NCBI GenBank assembly: GCA_963816185.1
Contig: CAWFJJ010000008.1
Span: 343,010-407,009 of the forward strand
Length of the DNA: 64,000 bases
Source: Thermoanaerobaculia bacterium
Lineage (GTDB): Bacteria; Acidobacteriota; Thermoanaerobaculia; UBA5066
Reading direction: 5' to 3'
Positions 1 to 10,712 of this stretch are shown here, piece by piece. The notes below the pieces were generated by a model that saw nothing but the letters and a program-made list of their open reading frames with translations, was not told the DNA's origin and ran no database searches. The position numbers and the translations under genes are program-made. How positions within the stretch are numbered: position 1 is the first letter of the stretch; every line of letters starts with the position of its first letter.

Positions 1-53
1 TATACAGATGCTTGACAGGCGAATTGACACCCATTCTCATGTACTCCATATGT

Positions 54-68
54 AGGCACCTATGTTGC
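54..68 (+). promoter_or_regulatory. Putative sigma54 (-24/-12) promoter of the pilus operon
   Basis: AGGCACCTATGTTGC fits TGGCAC-N5-TTGC with exact GG-N10-GC spacing, about 120 nt upstream of the first pilin. Confidence 0.6.
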
Positions 69-189
69 TAACAAATGTGTCAGTGAAACAGAGATGACAC
101 ACTACCGTGGAGCAGAAGAGGCCGCCTCGGGTGTCAAACAGAAAAAGAAAAACAACAGGAAAGAGAAAAGAGAGAAGAAGGAGAATCCC

Positions 190-672
190 ATGAAAAAGAC
201 GCTCATCCCCATCGCGCTGGCCTTTGCGCTCATCGCACTAGCACCGGCGGCCTTCGCGGCCTCTACGCCCGGCACCCTCACCGTGACCGCGAGCGTGGCG
301 GCTAACTGCACGATCTCGAACGCGACCTTGGCCTTCGGCGCGTACGATCCGGTCTCGGCGAACGCCTCAACAGGGATCGACCTCGACGCGCAGACCACGA
401 TGTCCGTGCTCTGCACGAAGGGGGTCACGCCCACAATCTCGACCGCCACCGCGGGCGGGGCGATGGCCAGCACCCCGGCCGGCTTCTCGCTGAATTACCT
501 GCTCTTCTCGAACTCCGGCCGCACGACGTCCTTCGTCACGCCGTTCTCGCTGGGTGCGTCCGCCTCCAACAAGACCGCGCAGACCGTGACGATCTACGGC
601 CGGGTCGCGAAGGACCAGGACGTGGGCGTCGCGGCCTACAGCGGAACGACCACGGTCACCGTCAACTTCTAA
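190..672 (+). CDS. Csu/spore coat protein U-domain pilin (probable major subunit)
   Basis: AAGGAG RBS before ATG 190; signal peptide; TLTVTASV donor strand; C...FGAYDP...C; TIYGRV...YSGTTTVTVNF C-terminus. Confidence 0.88.
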   Translation: MKKTLIPIALAFALIALAPAAFAASTPGTLTVTASVAANCTISNATLAFGAYDPVSANASTGIDLDAQTTMSVLCTKGVTPTISTATAGGAMASTPAGFSLNYLLFSNSGRTTSFVTPFSLGASASNKTAQTVTIYGRVAKDQDVGVAAYSGTTTVTVNF

Positions 673-689
673 AGCTCTACTTCTGACCT

Positions 690-727
690 GACGCCGCCCC
701 GGGTCTGCCGATCCGTCGGGCGGCGTC
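690..727 (+). terminator. Strong intercistronic stem-loop after the first pilin (mRNA stabiliser or attenuator)
   Basis: GACGCCGCCC...GGGCGGCGTC 10-bp stem with further inner pairing; no U-tract. Confidence 0.45.
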
Positions 728-788
728 GCCTCTGAAGGGTGTACCGAAAACGCATCCAGCCAGCCGTAACTGAAGAGGAGTCCCACCC

Positions 789-1310
789 GTGAAACGACCG
801 CTCGCCATCGCCTTCGCCGCCGCCCTCCTCGGGGCCGGCCCGCTTGCCGGAGCAAGCGCCACGGCGAGCCTGAGCGTGTCGGTCACGGTCTCCAGCAACT
901 GCCGGATCTCCGCTTCCCCTATCGGGTTCGGCGCGTACGACCCCGTCGTGGCGAACCTCGCGACGCCGGTGACGGGAACCGGAGGCGTCACGATCACGTG
1001 CACGCGGGGGACGTCGGCGTCCCTCACGCTCGGCCCCGGCGCGAACCCGTCCGGCTCCACGCGGCGGATGCGGGGCGGAACCGGATTCATCTCCTACGAG
1101 CTCTACATGCCGGCTTCCGAGAGCCCGGGCGCGCCGTGCAGCTTCGCGTCCCCGAGGGTGTGGGGAACGGCTGGCGACGCCGTCTTCACGCCCTCTTCCG
1201 CCCCCAGCCGGGATCCCAGGTCGTACAATGTCTGCGGTCGCATTCCAGAAGCTCAGGACGTCCTCGCCGCCACCTACTTCGATGCGGTCGTGGCAACGGC
1301 CAACTTCTGA
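789..1310 (+). CDS. Csu/spore coat U-domain pilin subunit
   Basis: GAGGAG RBS; signal peptide; ASLSVSVTV donor strand; FGAYDP; YFDAVVATANF. Confidence 0.87.
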   Translation: MKRPLAIAFAAALLGAGPLAGASATASLSVSVTVSSNCRISASPIGFGAYDPVVANLATPVTGTGGVTITCTRGTSASLTLGPGANPSGSTRRMRGGTGFISYELYMPASESPGAPCSFASPRVWGTAGDAVFTPSSAPSRDPRSYNVCGRIPEAQDVLAATYFDAVVATANF

Positions 1311-1327
1311 GAATAGGGGGCTCGGTC

Positions 1328-2115
1328 GTGGACGCAGGTCTTTCCGTTCTGCAGTTGAAGCTCCGCGCGGCGGGGCTGGCCCTTTTTCTTCTTATCGCGG
1401 CGCTTCCGGCTCCCGCGGCCACGTTCAAGGTCTCGCCGATCCAGATCTACCTATCCACCCACAGGACCACCGAGCTTCTCTCGGTCGAGAACCAGAGCAC
1501 CGAGACCGTGCGGCTTCAGGTGACCGCATTCGGCTGGAACCAGAGCCCCAAGGGCGAGATCGAGCTCTTGCCGACGGAGGACGTCGTGTTCTTCCCGTCG
1601 CTTCTGACGCTGGAGCCGGGAAAGGAACGGAAGATCCGCATCGGCGTCTCGAAGCCACCGGGAGCGGTCGAGAGAACGTATCGCGTGTTCGTCGAGGAGC
1701 TTCCCCCCTCGAAAAGCCCTCCGAAGTCGGAAACCGTTCCGAGGTGAAGGTCCTGACGCGCTTCGGAATTCCGATCTTCGTCCAGCCGGCGAAACTTACG
1801 AAGACGGGCGCGATCGAGGGCGCGAAGCTGGAGTCCGGCACGGTGAAGTTCCAGGTGAAGAACACCGGGAACGCGGCGTTTTCGGTCCTTTCGGTACGTG
1901 CGACCGGAGCGGCCGCCGGCGGCGCCCAGACCTTCGAGAACCAGGCGGCAGGCTGGTACGTCCTCGCCGGAGGCGAACGCGCGTTCGAGATCGCAATTCC
2001 GCCGGCCGACTGCCGGCGCACGAAGACGATTTCCGTCGAGGCGAAAACCGAGCGCGACGCCTGGAAGGCCTCGCTCGCCGTGGCGCCGGAGGCGTGCGAG
2101 CCGGCGTCGCGCTGA
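1328..2115 (+). pseudogene. PapD/CsuC-like pilus chaperone split by a one-base frameshift at C6 run 1703-1708
   Basis: N-half (VSPIQI...RLQV...FFPSLLTLEPG...ERTYRVFVEELPP) is in one frame, C-half (VLTRFGIPIFVQP...VKNTGNA) in another; one added C restores a single ORF. Confidence 0.8.
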
Positions 2116-4475
2116 GAGGGGCGTCGCATGCGCTCTGCCTGCTTGTGAGAGCGCGATGGCTCCTTCTCGTTCTCGCACTCGCGTTCACGGCGCCGGGATG
2201 GGCGAGTGAGACGCCGGCGCCCCCGCAGACGCGGGCCGCGAAGGCCGTCGTTCCACTCTCCGTCAACACGGTGCCGAAGGGCGACGTGCTCGTGGTCCTC
2301 GTGGGCGAGGACGTCCTGCTTCGAGTACGCGATCTCACGGCGGCTGGCGTGACCGGCTTCGCGGGGCGGCGCGAGACACGCGACGGCGAGGAGTGGGTCT
2401 CGCTCGCCTCCCTCGCTCCGGGCGCCTCCTACCGCTTCGATCCGGAGACGGTGACTCTGTCGGTGACCGTCCCTCCAGCGTGGCTCGCGGGGCAGGTCCT
2501 CAACCTCGCCATGCCGCGGCCCGCCGGCCTCGTTTACCTCTCGAGCCCGAGCCTGTTCGCGAACTACGCCGTCAACGTCACGGACGCCAAGACCTGGAAC
2601 GCGTTCGGCGAGGCGGGACTGAGCCTCGGTGGAAACCTCTTCTACAGCGCGGTGATGCGGGCGGACGACGGAAGCGTCGTCCGGGGCCTCACGAACGTCA
2701 CGCACGACGACCGCACGCGGCTCGTGAGATGGGTCGCCGGCGACTCCTTCACCGCGGCGGGAGGCGTCGGGGGCTCGCTTTTCCTCGCCGGTCTCAGCGT
2801 CTCGCGCAGCTTCGACCTCGACCCCTACTTCGTGCGCTACCCCTCGTTCGCGCTCACGGGCGCGGCCACGACGCCGTCCACGGTCGACGTGTACGTCAAC
2901 GGCAACATCGTGAAACGGGAGGCGATCGGGCCGGGCCCGTTCCAGCTTTCGAACATCCTCCTGCCGGCCGGCAACGGGACGACGCGCGTCGTCGTGCGGG
3001 ACGTGTTCGGACAGGAGCGGGAGATCACGAGCGGCTTCTACGCGTCGACCGCCGTCCTCGCGAAGGGGCTGTCGGAGTTCACGTACAACCTCGGATTCCG
3101 GAGGGACAACCTCGCGACGGAGAGCTTCGATTACGGCTCGCTCTCGTTCCTCGGCCGCCACCGGTACGGATTCTCGGACTCGCTGACCGCCGAGCTGCGC
3201 CTCGAAGCCGACGATCAGCTCGTGAGCGGGGGTCCCGGATTCGCGTGGCGGCTTCCGGTCGGCGAGATCGAGGGATACCTCGCGGCCAGCCGCGAAGGAG
3301 GGCGGACCGGCGGCGCGGCGTCGCTTTCCTATCGCTATGTCGGCCAGCCCGTGAATTACGGCGTCTTCGCAACCGCGCTCAGCCCCCATTACGCCGCGCT
3401 CGGCCTTTCCATCGACCAGGACCGGCCGCGCTGGGACGGAAATGCCTTCGTCGGAGTCCAGATCGGCCGGCTCGCGAGCCTCACGCTCCAGTACACCGGA
3501 ACCGTTCCCCGCGACACGCCGTCCTCGCAGCGCGCAGCGCTGTCGAGCTCTTCGAGTCTCACCCGCGACCTAAGCCTCTTCCTCTCGTTCGCGCGCGTCT
3601 TCCAGGGATCCACGCAGGGAAGCGAGGCTTTCATCGGGCTCAGCTACTTCCTCGGCCGGAACACGACCGCGCTCGCCTCGTACGGTCACCAGGATGGATT
3701 GAATACGGGGTCGATCGACGTCCAGAAATCGCTGCCCGTCGGTACGGGCTACGGGTATCACTTCAACGGGACCGCCGGGGACGGGCCAGGCAGCGCGAGC
3801 GGCGACGTCCAATACAACGCGTCCTTCGGCCGGTACGAGGCCTCGGTCCTGCGCCTCGGCGGCGAGACGTCGTCGACGCTCAGCGCGTCCGGAGGAATCG
3901 TCGTGCTCGGCGGAGCGGTGCTTCCGACGCGGCCCGTCGTGGACAGCTTCGCGCTCATCCGCGTGCCCGGCGTACCGGGCGTGCACGGAACCGCAAGCAA
4001 TCAGGACGTGGGAACGACGAACGGAAGCGGCGATCTCCTGGTTCCGAGCCTCATCCCGTATTACGGCAACCGGATCGGGATCTCGGACCGGGACGTGCCC
4101 ATCGATTATGAAATCGGCTCGGTGGAACGCACCGTGGCGACGCCGTATCGCGGCGGCGCGGTCGTCGAGTTCCCCGTGAAGCGCGTCACGACCGTGACGG
4201 GACGCGTGCTGATCGCCGAGGCGGGAACCGAGAAAGTTCCGGCGTACGGGGAGCTGACCGTAACGGGCCCGGACGGGGTGCCGCAAGCCTCACCCGTGGG
4301 CGGCGACGGGGCTTTCTACCTCGAGAACCTTTCTCCCGGCCGCTACCCGGCCGCCGTCGAGCACAAGGAAGCGGTCTGCCGGTTCACGCTCGTCGTCCCG
4401 GCGTCTCCGTCGGCGTTCGTCAACCTCGGAACATTGCGCTGCGCCGCGCCCAAGGAAAGCGGGAAGAACCCATGA
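2094..4475 (+). CDS. Fimbrial outer-membrane usher (CsuD-like); start may be about 2145
   Basis: About 790 aa; PSTVDVYVNG, GPFQL, VVVRDVFGQE usher motifs; lies between chaperone and pilin. Confidence 0.9.
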   Translation: MRAGVALRGASHALCLLVRARWLLLVLALAFTAPGWASETPAPPQTRAAKAVVPLSVNTVPKGDVLVVLVGEDVLLRVRDLTAAGVTGFAGRRETRDGEEWVSLASLAPGASYRFDPETVTLSVTVPPAWLAGQVLNLAMPRPAGLVYLSSPSLFANYAVNVTDAKTWNAFGEAGLSLGGNLFYSAVMRADDGSVVRGLTNVTHDDRTRLVRWVAGDSFTAAGGVGGSLFLAGLSVSRSFDLDPYFVRYPSFALTGAATTPSTVDVYVNGNIVKREAIGPGPFQLSNILLPAGNGTTRVVVRDVFGQEREITSGFYASTAVLAKGLSEFTYNLGFRRDNLATESFDYGSLSFLGRHRYGFSDSLTAELRLEADDQLVSGGPGFAWRLPVGEIEGYLAASREGGRTGGAASLSYRYVGQPVNYGVFATALSPHYAALGLSIDQDRPRWDGNAFVGVQIGRLASLTLQYTGTVPRDTPSSQRAALSSSSSLTRDLSLFLSFARVFQGSTQGSEAFIGLSYFLGRNTTALASYGHQDGLNTGSIDVQKSLPVGTGYGYHFNGTAGDGPGSASGDVQYNASFGRYEASVLRLGGETSSTLSASGGIVVLGGAVLPTRPVVDSFALIRVPGVPGVHGTASNQDVGTTNGSGDLLVPSLIPYYGNRIGISDRDVPIDYEIGSVERTVATPYRGGAVVEFPVKRVTTVTGRVLIAEAGTEKVPAYGELTVTGPDGVPQASPVGGDGAFYLENLSPGRYPAAVEHKEAVCRFTLVVPASPSAFVNLGTLRCAAPKESGKNP

Positions 4476-4936
4476 AGAAAAACACCGTCCTCTCGTTTCT
4501 CGCGCTCCTGCCGCTCTTCGTCCTCGCGCCGCGCGCCGAGGCGCTGACCTGCACGTTCAGCTCGATCACCGGCGTGAATTTCGGGTCCTACGACGTACTG
4601 AGCGCCAGTCCCAGGACAGCCACGGGGACCATCACCTATTCGTGCAGGAACGTCAACAAAGCGGCTCTCATGACGATGGATCTTTCGGCGGGCAGTTCCA
4701 CGACGTACGCGAACCGCACTCTCCGCTTTGGCGCCAACATCCTGAACTACAACCTCTACTCCACCGCCACCAACACCCAGGTGTGGGGGAACGGCACCGG
4801 CACGACGTACCACTTCAGTGTCGACCCGACCGACAGGAACGCCCACACACTGACGGTCTACGGGACGATCCCGGCCGGCCAGAACGTCGGCGTCGGGAAC
4901 TACACCGACACGATCACCGTCACGATGAACTTCTAA
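4472..4936 (+). CDS. Csu/spore coat U-domain pilin subunit lacking an N-terminal donor strand
   Basis: Signal peptide then directly LTCTF..FGSYD; LNYNLYS; VYGTIPAGQ; YTDTITVTMNF. Confidence 0.87.
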   Translation: MKKNTVLSFLALLPLFVLAPRAEALTCTFSSITGVNFGSYDVLSASPRTATGTITYSCRNVNKAALMTMDLSAGSSTTYANRTLRFGANILNYNLYSTATNTQVWGNGTGTTYHFSVDPTDRNAHTLTVYGTIPAGQNVGVGNYTDTITVTMNF

Positions 4937-5099
4937 GCAGATTTCGTTCGGCGCGCGCCTCCGCGCGCTGCTCCAACGATGTGTCCGGCACGTTCCACCT
5001 GTGCCGTCCTCTGGAACGCGAGCCGGCTAACTCGTTGCACCGCAATGGTGGCGGAAGAAATTACCCAGGCATGACTCCCGCAATGGTCTCCGCCGGGAG

Positions 5100-5597
5100 A
5101 TGCGAGTCATGCGAGACGGAAAAACCAATTCGGCGATTTCGGGCCTCTCTGCCGGCGCCTTCGCTCTCGCGGCTCTCCTCGCGCCTGCGCTCTCGGCGCA
5201 CGCGGGAAGCGTTACCGCGTCGCTTTCCGTCTCGGTCGTCGTGCCCCCTCGGGCCGTCCTCTCGGTCGAATCCCAGCCGGAGGGCCTCGAAATCACCGAG
5301 GCGGACGTGGCGCGCGGCTGGGTGGAGGCGCCTGCGGCGTCGCTCGTCCGGGTCCGGTCGAACTCGCCGGCCGGCTGGCTCCTGGAGTTCCAGCCCCTGC
5401 AGGGTCCCTATCGCGCTCTCGAGGTGACGGGTCTCGGCGCGACGGCGCAGGTGAGCGCGGCCGGCGGCTGGCTCGCGCAGCCGTATGCGGGACGGATGCT
5501 CGTGACCGCATCGCTCGGCTATCGCTTCTTCCTCTCCAGCGACGCGCGGCCGGGGCTCTACTCGTGGCCGGTGGCTCTCAGCGCGACTCCACGCTGA
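5100..5597 (+). CDS. Exported beta-rich protein with a pilin-like N-terminal strand
   Basis: Signal peptide followed by TASLSVSVVV, nearly identical to the donor strand of pilin 789-1310; PGLYSWPV C-terminus. Confidence 0.65.
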   Translation: MRVMRDGKTNSAISGLSAGAFALAALLAPALSAHAGSVTASLSVSVVVPPRAVLSVESQPEGLEITEADVARGWVEAPAASLVRVRSNSPAGWLLEFQPLQGPYRALEVTGLGATAQVSAAGGWLAQPYAGRMLVTASLGYRFFLSSDARPGLYSWPVALSATPR

Positions 5598-5606
5598 ATC
5601 GCAGCC

Positions 5607-6956
5607 CTATTCGGCCTTTTTCCTCAGCATCCGATAGAGCGTCGAACGGCTGATGTGGAGCTGGCGCGCCGCCTCGACGCGGTTGCCTCCTGTCTTTTCG
5701 AGAGCCTCCTTGAGGCGCTCGGGCGTCACCGTGCGCGGGCCTTCGCTCACGGCTTCGAGGTCGTCCGAGCTGATCGCGTCGGCGCGGGCCATGAGCAGCG
5801 GGAAGTCGTCCGCCACGAGCTCGTCGCGGGTGGACAAGGCGCACGCCTGCTCGATGGAGTGCTTCAGCTCGCGCGCGTTGCCGGGGAACGGGTCGTGGAG
5901 GATGAGGTCCTTCGCTTCCGCCGAGAGCCGCCGCGGGTACTGGGAGGGCTTCGAGAACATCCGGAGGAAGTGGTCGGCGAGCGCCAGCTTGTCGTCTCCG
6001 CGCTCCCGGAGCGGGGGCACCCAGAGCGTGACGACCGCGAGGCGATAGTAGAGGTCGTCGCGGAAAATGTGCCGCGTGATGGCCGCTTCCATGTCGAGGT
6101 TCGTGGAGGCCAGGATGCGGACGTCGACCGCGACGTTGCGGTTGTCTCCGACGCGGCGGATCTGAAACTCCTCGAGCGCGCGCAGGACTTTCGCCTGGGC
6201 GGGCATCGGCATGGAGCCGATCTCGTCGAGGAGGAGGGTCCCGCCTTCGGCCTCCTCGAACAGCCCGCGCCGCGCGTTCGTGGCCCCGGTGAACGCGCCG
6301 CGCACGTGACCGAAGAGCTCACTTTCGATCAGGTCGTCGGGAATGGCTGCGCAGTTCAGCGTGACGAACGGCTTCCCCGCGCGCGGGCCGAAGGATGCGA
6401 TGTACTTCGCGACGACTTCCTTGCCCGTGCCCGTCTCGCCGCGGATGAGGACCGTGGACGAGAGCTCGGCGACGCGGCGGGCCTTCTCGAGCAGGCTCTT
6501 CCAGACGGGCGAGCTTCCGACCGCGAAGTTCTGCTCCTTCTCGCGCCGCCAGACACCGGATGCCGTGCGCGGCCCGATGTCCTGCGTGAGCCTCTTCACG
6601 ACGTCGAGGAGGCTCTGGATGCGGAACGGCTTGACGATGAAGTCGGTCGCGCCGGCTTTCATCGCCTCGATGGCGTCCGAGACGGCGGCCTGGCCCGAGA
6701 TGATCACGAAGGGGACGGACGGGGCCTTGCCGCGCACCTCGAAGAGGAGATCGATTCCGGACATCCCCGGGAGCATCAGATCGCAGAAAATAACGTCGTA
6801 GTCCGTGAAGATGGCGCGGTCGAGAAAGAGCTGTGAGGTGGGGTACAAGTCGACCGTTGCGCCAACCTTCTCGAGGCTGGTACGAACCAGGTCGCGAACC
6901 CCTTCGTCGTCGTCGACGACCGCGATTCGAAGCGTGCGAAGGCCGAGAGGTGGCAC
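5607..6956 (-). CDS. Sigma54-dependent response regulator (NtrC/AtoC family)
   Basis: REC domain, GETGTGKE Walker A, ELFGHVRGAFTGA, C-terminal Fis HTH. Confidence 0.93.
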   Translation of the reverse strand: MPPLGLRTLRIAVVDDDEGVRDLVRTSLEKVGATVDLYPTSQLFLDRAIFTDYDVIFCDLMLPGMSGIDLLFEVRGKAPSVPFVIISGQAAVSDAIEAMKAGATDFIVKPFRIQSLLDVVKRLTQDIGPRTASGVWRREKEQNFAVGSSPVWKSLLEKARRVAELSSTVLIRGETGTGKEVVAKYIASFGPRAGKPFVTLNCAAIPDDLIESELFGHVRGAFTGATNARRGLFEEAEGGTLLLDEIGSMPMPAQAKVLRALEEFQIRRVGDNRNVAVDVRILASTNLDMEAAITRHIFRDDLYYRLAVVTLWVPPLRERGDDKLALADHFLRMFSKPSQYPRRLSAEAKDLILHDPFPGNARELKHSIEQACALSTRDELVADDFPLLMARADAISSDDLEAVSEGPRTVTPERLKEALEKTGGNRVEAARQLHISRSTLYRMLRKKAE

Positions 6957-7296
6957 GGCCGGCCCATTCTAGCCGGGCGCGGGCGTGTGGCGACGTCGCA
7001 TGCGGGTTTGCGCCAGCTGCGTCGCGTAAGACCGGATCGGCGTTACCGGCGGGAATCGTTCGCGCCAGGCGTCAGAAACCGGAGCGACGATTGCACGATC
7101 CAGCCGTCGAACCGTCGCGCAAGAGACTTATTCTCAGTATCTTACGCGGAGGACCAAGAAACTCTTGCAATTGTGCGCTTCACGGCGGTACGTTGAACCA
7201 GTACTCGCCAAGAGATCCACCTCACTTTTCCTCCGGCCTGTCGGCCGAATGTGAACGGCAAATCATCGACGTGCGGGAATCCCGCAGGAGTACAGG

Positions 7297-9291
7297 ATGA
7301 AGCATTGGCCGAGGCGCTCTTTCCTTCTCGCGCTCCTCTTCTCGACGCCCCTCGCGGCCCAGAGCCTTCCCAAGACTCTCTTCTACCCCGTTACTCCCTG
7401 TCGAATCGCGGACACGCGTAACCCGAACGGAGCCTACGGAGGACCTGCCCTCTCGTTCGGGGCCTCACGGGCGTTCACGCTTGCGGGCACGTGCGGCATC
7501 CCGGCGACAGCGCGGTCCGTGGCCGCGAACATCGCGGTCGTCTCCCCGGGCGCGGCCGGGTCTCTCGCGATCTTTCCCGGAGGGGTGTCGACCGGGGCGG
7601 CGACGGCGATCAGCTACAAGGCCGGAAAGACGAGGGCGAACAACTTCATCGCGCGGCTCGGGACGAACGGCGACATCGTCGTCATCTGTCAGCAGCCTTC
7701 CGGCACGACGCACTTCCTCATCGACGTGGCGGGTTATTTCGAGGATCCTCCCGCGACGCCGCCCGCGGCTCTCGCCGCGTTCGCGAACACCGCAACATTC
7801 GGGTCCAATCCCGGGCTCGTGGGGCACCTTCGTGACGTCGGAACGGCCGGGTTCCTCGCCGAGCAGTTCACCGCTCCACCCTCGCTCTATCCGGCACTCC
7901 CGCTCTTCCCGAACACGCGGCAGGGTACCTGCACCGGGACGTGCCCTCGCGACAACTACACGATGTATCCGCTCCAGAACCAGTTCTTCCTGAACGCGCT
8001 TTACGGACAGGACCAGCTCAGGCAGCGCGTCGCGTGGGCGCTCCACAAGATCATCCCGATCAACGGGCAGGACATCGGCCAGCCCAGCCGCATCGTCCCG
8101 TACCTGAACATCCTCGTGAACAACGCGTTCGGGAACTACCGGGACATCCTCTACCAGATCACGCTAAACGCGGCGATGGGCCAGTACCTCAACATGGACA
8201 CGTCCACGCTGCTGAACCCGAACGAGAACTACGCGCGGGAGATCATGCAGCTGTTTTCGATCGGGCTCGTCGAGCTCAACCTCGACGGGACGCCCCAGCT
8301 CGACGGGAGCTCGAACCCGATCCCCACCTACGACCAGTCCACGATCACCGAGTTCGCCCGCGTGTTCACCGGCTGGCGCCTCGCGAACCAGATCGTCGTG
8401 GGCACCGACGATTACATCGACCCGATGGTGCTCGTGTTCGCGAACCACGACAAGGGCTCCAAAACGCTCCTGAACGGCACGGTCCTCCCGTGTTATGGCT
8501 CCGTCTCTCCATGTACCACCCTCCAGACGGGTGACAAGGATCTCAACGACGCCATCGACAACATCTTCAACCACCCGAACGTCGGGCCTTTCATCGGCGG
8601 CGCTCTGATCCGGAACCTCGTGACGTCCAACCCGTCTCCCGCGTACGTCGCGCGCGTCGCGGCGGTATTCAACGACAACGGCTCGGGCGTGCGGGGCGAC
8701 CTCGCGGCGGTCGTCAGAGCGATCGTGACGGACCCCGAGGCGCTCGCTGGCGCGGCCAGCTCCACCTTCGGGAGCTTGAGAGACCCGGCGCTTTTCACGA
8801 TCTCGTTCCTCAGGAGCCTCGGAGCGCGGTCGGCGAACGGCGCAGGTTTGTCGGACGGGGTTCTCGCGCCACAGGTCACGGCCCTTGGGCAGACCGTCTT
8901 TCAGCCCGACACCGTCTTCAGCTATTACCCGGCGGACTACCTGACTCCCGGCACGTCGCTCCTCGGCCCGGAGTTCGGGATCCTCTCGGCCTCCACCGCC
9001 ATGCGCCGCGCGAACCTCGTGAATACGCTCGTCTACTCGACGATTCCCGTCGGAACGAACAACCCGTCGGGGACGTCCCTGGACCTCGGCGGCATCCAGA
9101 CCCTTTACGGCAATCCTGCCGCGATGGTCGAGGAGCTGAACCAGCGGCTCTGCCACGGCCTGCTCTCGGCGAGCGCGAAGGCAAACATCGTCACGGCTGT
9201 GAACGCGGTCTCTCCGGCGACCCCGCGCGCGATGGCGCAGCAGGCGACGTATCTCGTCGCGACGTCCTCCCAGTTCCAGGTGGAGAGGTGA
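7297..9291 (+). CDS. DUF1800 family exported protein with N-terminal beta-sandwich domain
   Basis: [35 protein letters not shown]...[14 protein letters not shown] motifs; N-terminal [13 protein letters not shown] domain. Confidence 0.85.
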   Translation: MKHWPRRSFLLALLFSTPLAAQSLPKTLFYPVTPCRIADTRNPNGAYGGPALSFGASRAFTLAGTCGIPATARSVAANIAVVSPGAAGSLAIFPGGVSTGAATAISYKAGKTRANNFIARLGTNGDIVVICQQPSGTTHFLIDVAGYFEDPPATPPAALAAFANTATFGSNPGLVGHLRDVGTAGFLAEQFTAPPSLYPALPLFPNTRQGTCTGTCPRDNYTMYPLQNQFFLNALYGQDQLRQRVAWALHKIIPINGQDIGQPSRIVPYLNILVNNAFGNYRDILYQITLNAAMGQYLNMDTSTLLNPNENYAREIMQLFSIGLVELNLDGTPQLDGSSNPIPTYDQSTITEFARVFTGWRLANQIVVGTDDYIDPMVLVFANHDKGSKTLLNGTVLPCYGSVSPCTTLQTGDKDLNDAIDNIFNHPNVGPFIGGALIRNLVTSNPSPAYVARVAAVFNDNGSGVRGDLAAVVRAIVTDPEALAGAASSTFGSLRDPALFTISFLRSLGARSANGAGLSDGVLAPQVTALGQTVFQPDTVFSYYPADYLTPGTSLLGPEFGILSASTAMRRANLVNTLVYSTIPVGTNNPSGTSLDLGGIQTLYGNPAAMVEELNQRLCHGLLSASAKANIVTAVNAVSPATPRAMAQQATYLVATSSQFQVER

Positions 9292-10712
9292 ACATGACAT
9301 CTCGCAGGGATTTCCTCCGCATCTCCGCGTGCAGCGCCGTCGGGATGGCAGCCTTCTCCGAGGGCCTGGAGCGCTTCGGTCTCGTCGCGCACCGGGCTGA
9401 GGCGGCGCCGAACGATTATCGGGCGCTCGTGTGCATCTTCATGTTCGGCGGGAACGATGCGAACAACATGGTCGTCCCCGTCTACGGTTCCGGGTACACC
9501 CAGTACCTGGCGTCCCGGGGCGGCAGCCTCGCGCTCGCGCAAGGGAGCCTTCTGCAGATCACGCCGGCGAGCATCGGTCTCGCGTACGGCCTTCATCCTG
9601 CGATGACCGGCCTGCAGGGCCTCTGGAACCTGGGGAAGCTCGCGGTCGTCGCGAACGTCGGGCCGCTGACCCAGCCTACGACGAAGTCGCAGTACCAGAC
9701 GAACGCGGCGTTCCGCCCGTACCAGCTCTTCTCCCACAGCGATCAGCAATCCCTCTGGATGGCGCGCCGCTCCGACCAGAAGACGAACCTCGGCTGGGGC
9801 GGTCTTTCCGCCGACAACCAGGTTTCCCTGAACGGCGGGTCGGCGTTTCCGACCGTGACATCCCTCGCGGGGAACAGCCAGTTCAACATCGGGCAGATCA
9901 CGAAGCCGCTCGGTGCGGCTCCTGCTCCGACCGCCCTCAACCAGATCCTCGTCCTGAACGGTTTCACGACTTCGGCGACGGACGTCGCCCGGAAAACCGC
10001 TATGAATTCCCTGCGCACGTACGACACGGGCGTGCCTCTCGTGAATGCGATGAGCGGTGTCACCCAGGACGCCCTGAACATCGGAGCTGCGCTCGCCGTC
10101 GATCCGACCCTCACCACGGTCTTCCCGAATACGAACCTCGGAAACCAGCTCAAGCAGGTCGCGAAGATCATGAAGCTCAATCAGTCGGCTCCGCAGCTCG
10201 GCCTCAACCGGCAGATCTTCTTCTGCTCGATCGGCGGGTTCGACACCCACCAGAACGAGCTCACGGCGCACGCGACCCTCTACGCGCAGGTCTCGGCCGC
10301 GATGTCGGCCTTCTACAACGCGACCGTCGAGCTCGGGATCCCGGGACGCGTCACGACCTTTACCCTTTCCGACTTCGGCCGCACGCTCGCCCCGTCGGGC
10401 GCGGGTGCGACCGTTGGCTCGGACCATGCCTGGGGTAATCACCACTTCGTCATGGGCGGCTCCGTGAAGGGCACGGACTTCTACGGGATCGCAGGGCCGA
10501 ACGGGAGCGTCTATCCGGACCTCACGCTCGGCGCAAGCAATCCGCTCGACGCCGATAGCCGCGGCCGGTGGATCCCGACGGTCTCGGTGGATCAGTACGG
10601 GGCGACACTCGCGCAGTGGTTCGGCGTCTCGGCGCTGGACGCCCACACGATCTTCCCGTTGCTCTCCCGCTTCGCGCCCACCGACCTCGGGTTCTTGATG
10701 CCGGCGGCCTAG
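9288..10712 (+). CDS. DUF1501 family Tat-exported protein
   Basis: SRRDFL twin-arginine signal; [12 protein letters not shown]; SHSDQQ; GGFDTH; SDFGRT; GSDHAWG. Confidence 0.87.
   Translation: MNMTSRRDFLRISACSAVGMAAFSEGLERFGLVAHRAEAAPNDYRALVCIFMFGGNDANNMVVPVYGSGYTQYLASRGGSLALAQGSLLQITPASIGLAYGLHPAMTGLQGLWNLGKLAVVANVGPLTQPTTKSQYQTNAAFRPYQLFSHSDQQSLWMARRSDQKTNLGWGGLSADNQVSLNGGSAFPTVTSLAGNSQFNIGQITKPLGAAPAPTALNQILVLNGFTTSATDVARKTAMNSLRTYDTGVPLVNAMSGVTQDALNIGAALAVDPTLTTVFPNTNLGNQLKQVAKIMKLNQSAPQLGLNRQIFFCSIGGFDTHQNELTAHATLYAQVSAAMSAFYNATVELGIPGRVTTFTLSDFGRTLAPSGAGATVGSDHAWGNHHFVMGGSVKGTDFYGIAGPNGSVYPDLTLGASNPLDADSRGRWIPTVSVDQYGATLAQWFGVSALDAHTIFPLLSRFAPTDLGFLMPAA

Noticed and set aside
94-189. 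Lys/Glu-rich N-terminal extension of the first pilin in the ORF track
   Set aside because: Purine-rich leader; the RBS and signal peptide place the start at 190
728-788. c-di-GMP riboswitch within the pilus operon
   Set aside because: The GEMM-type consensus elements could not be matched
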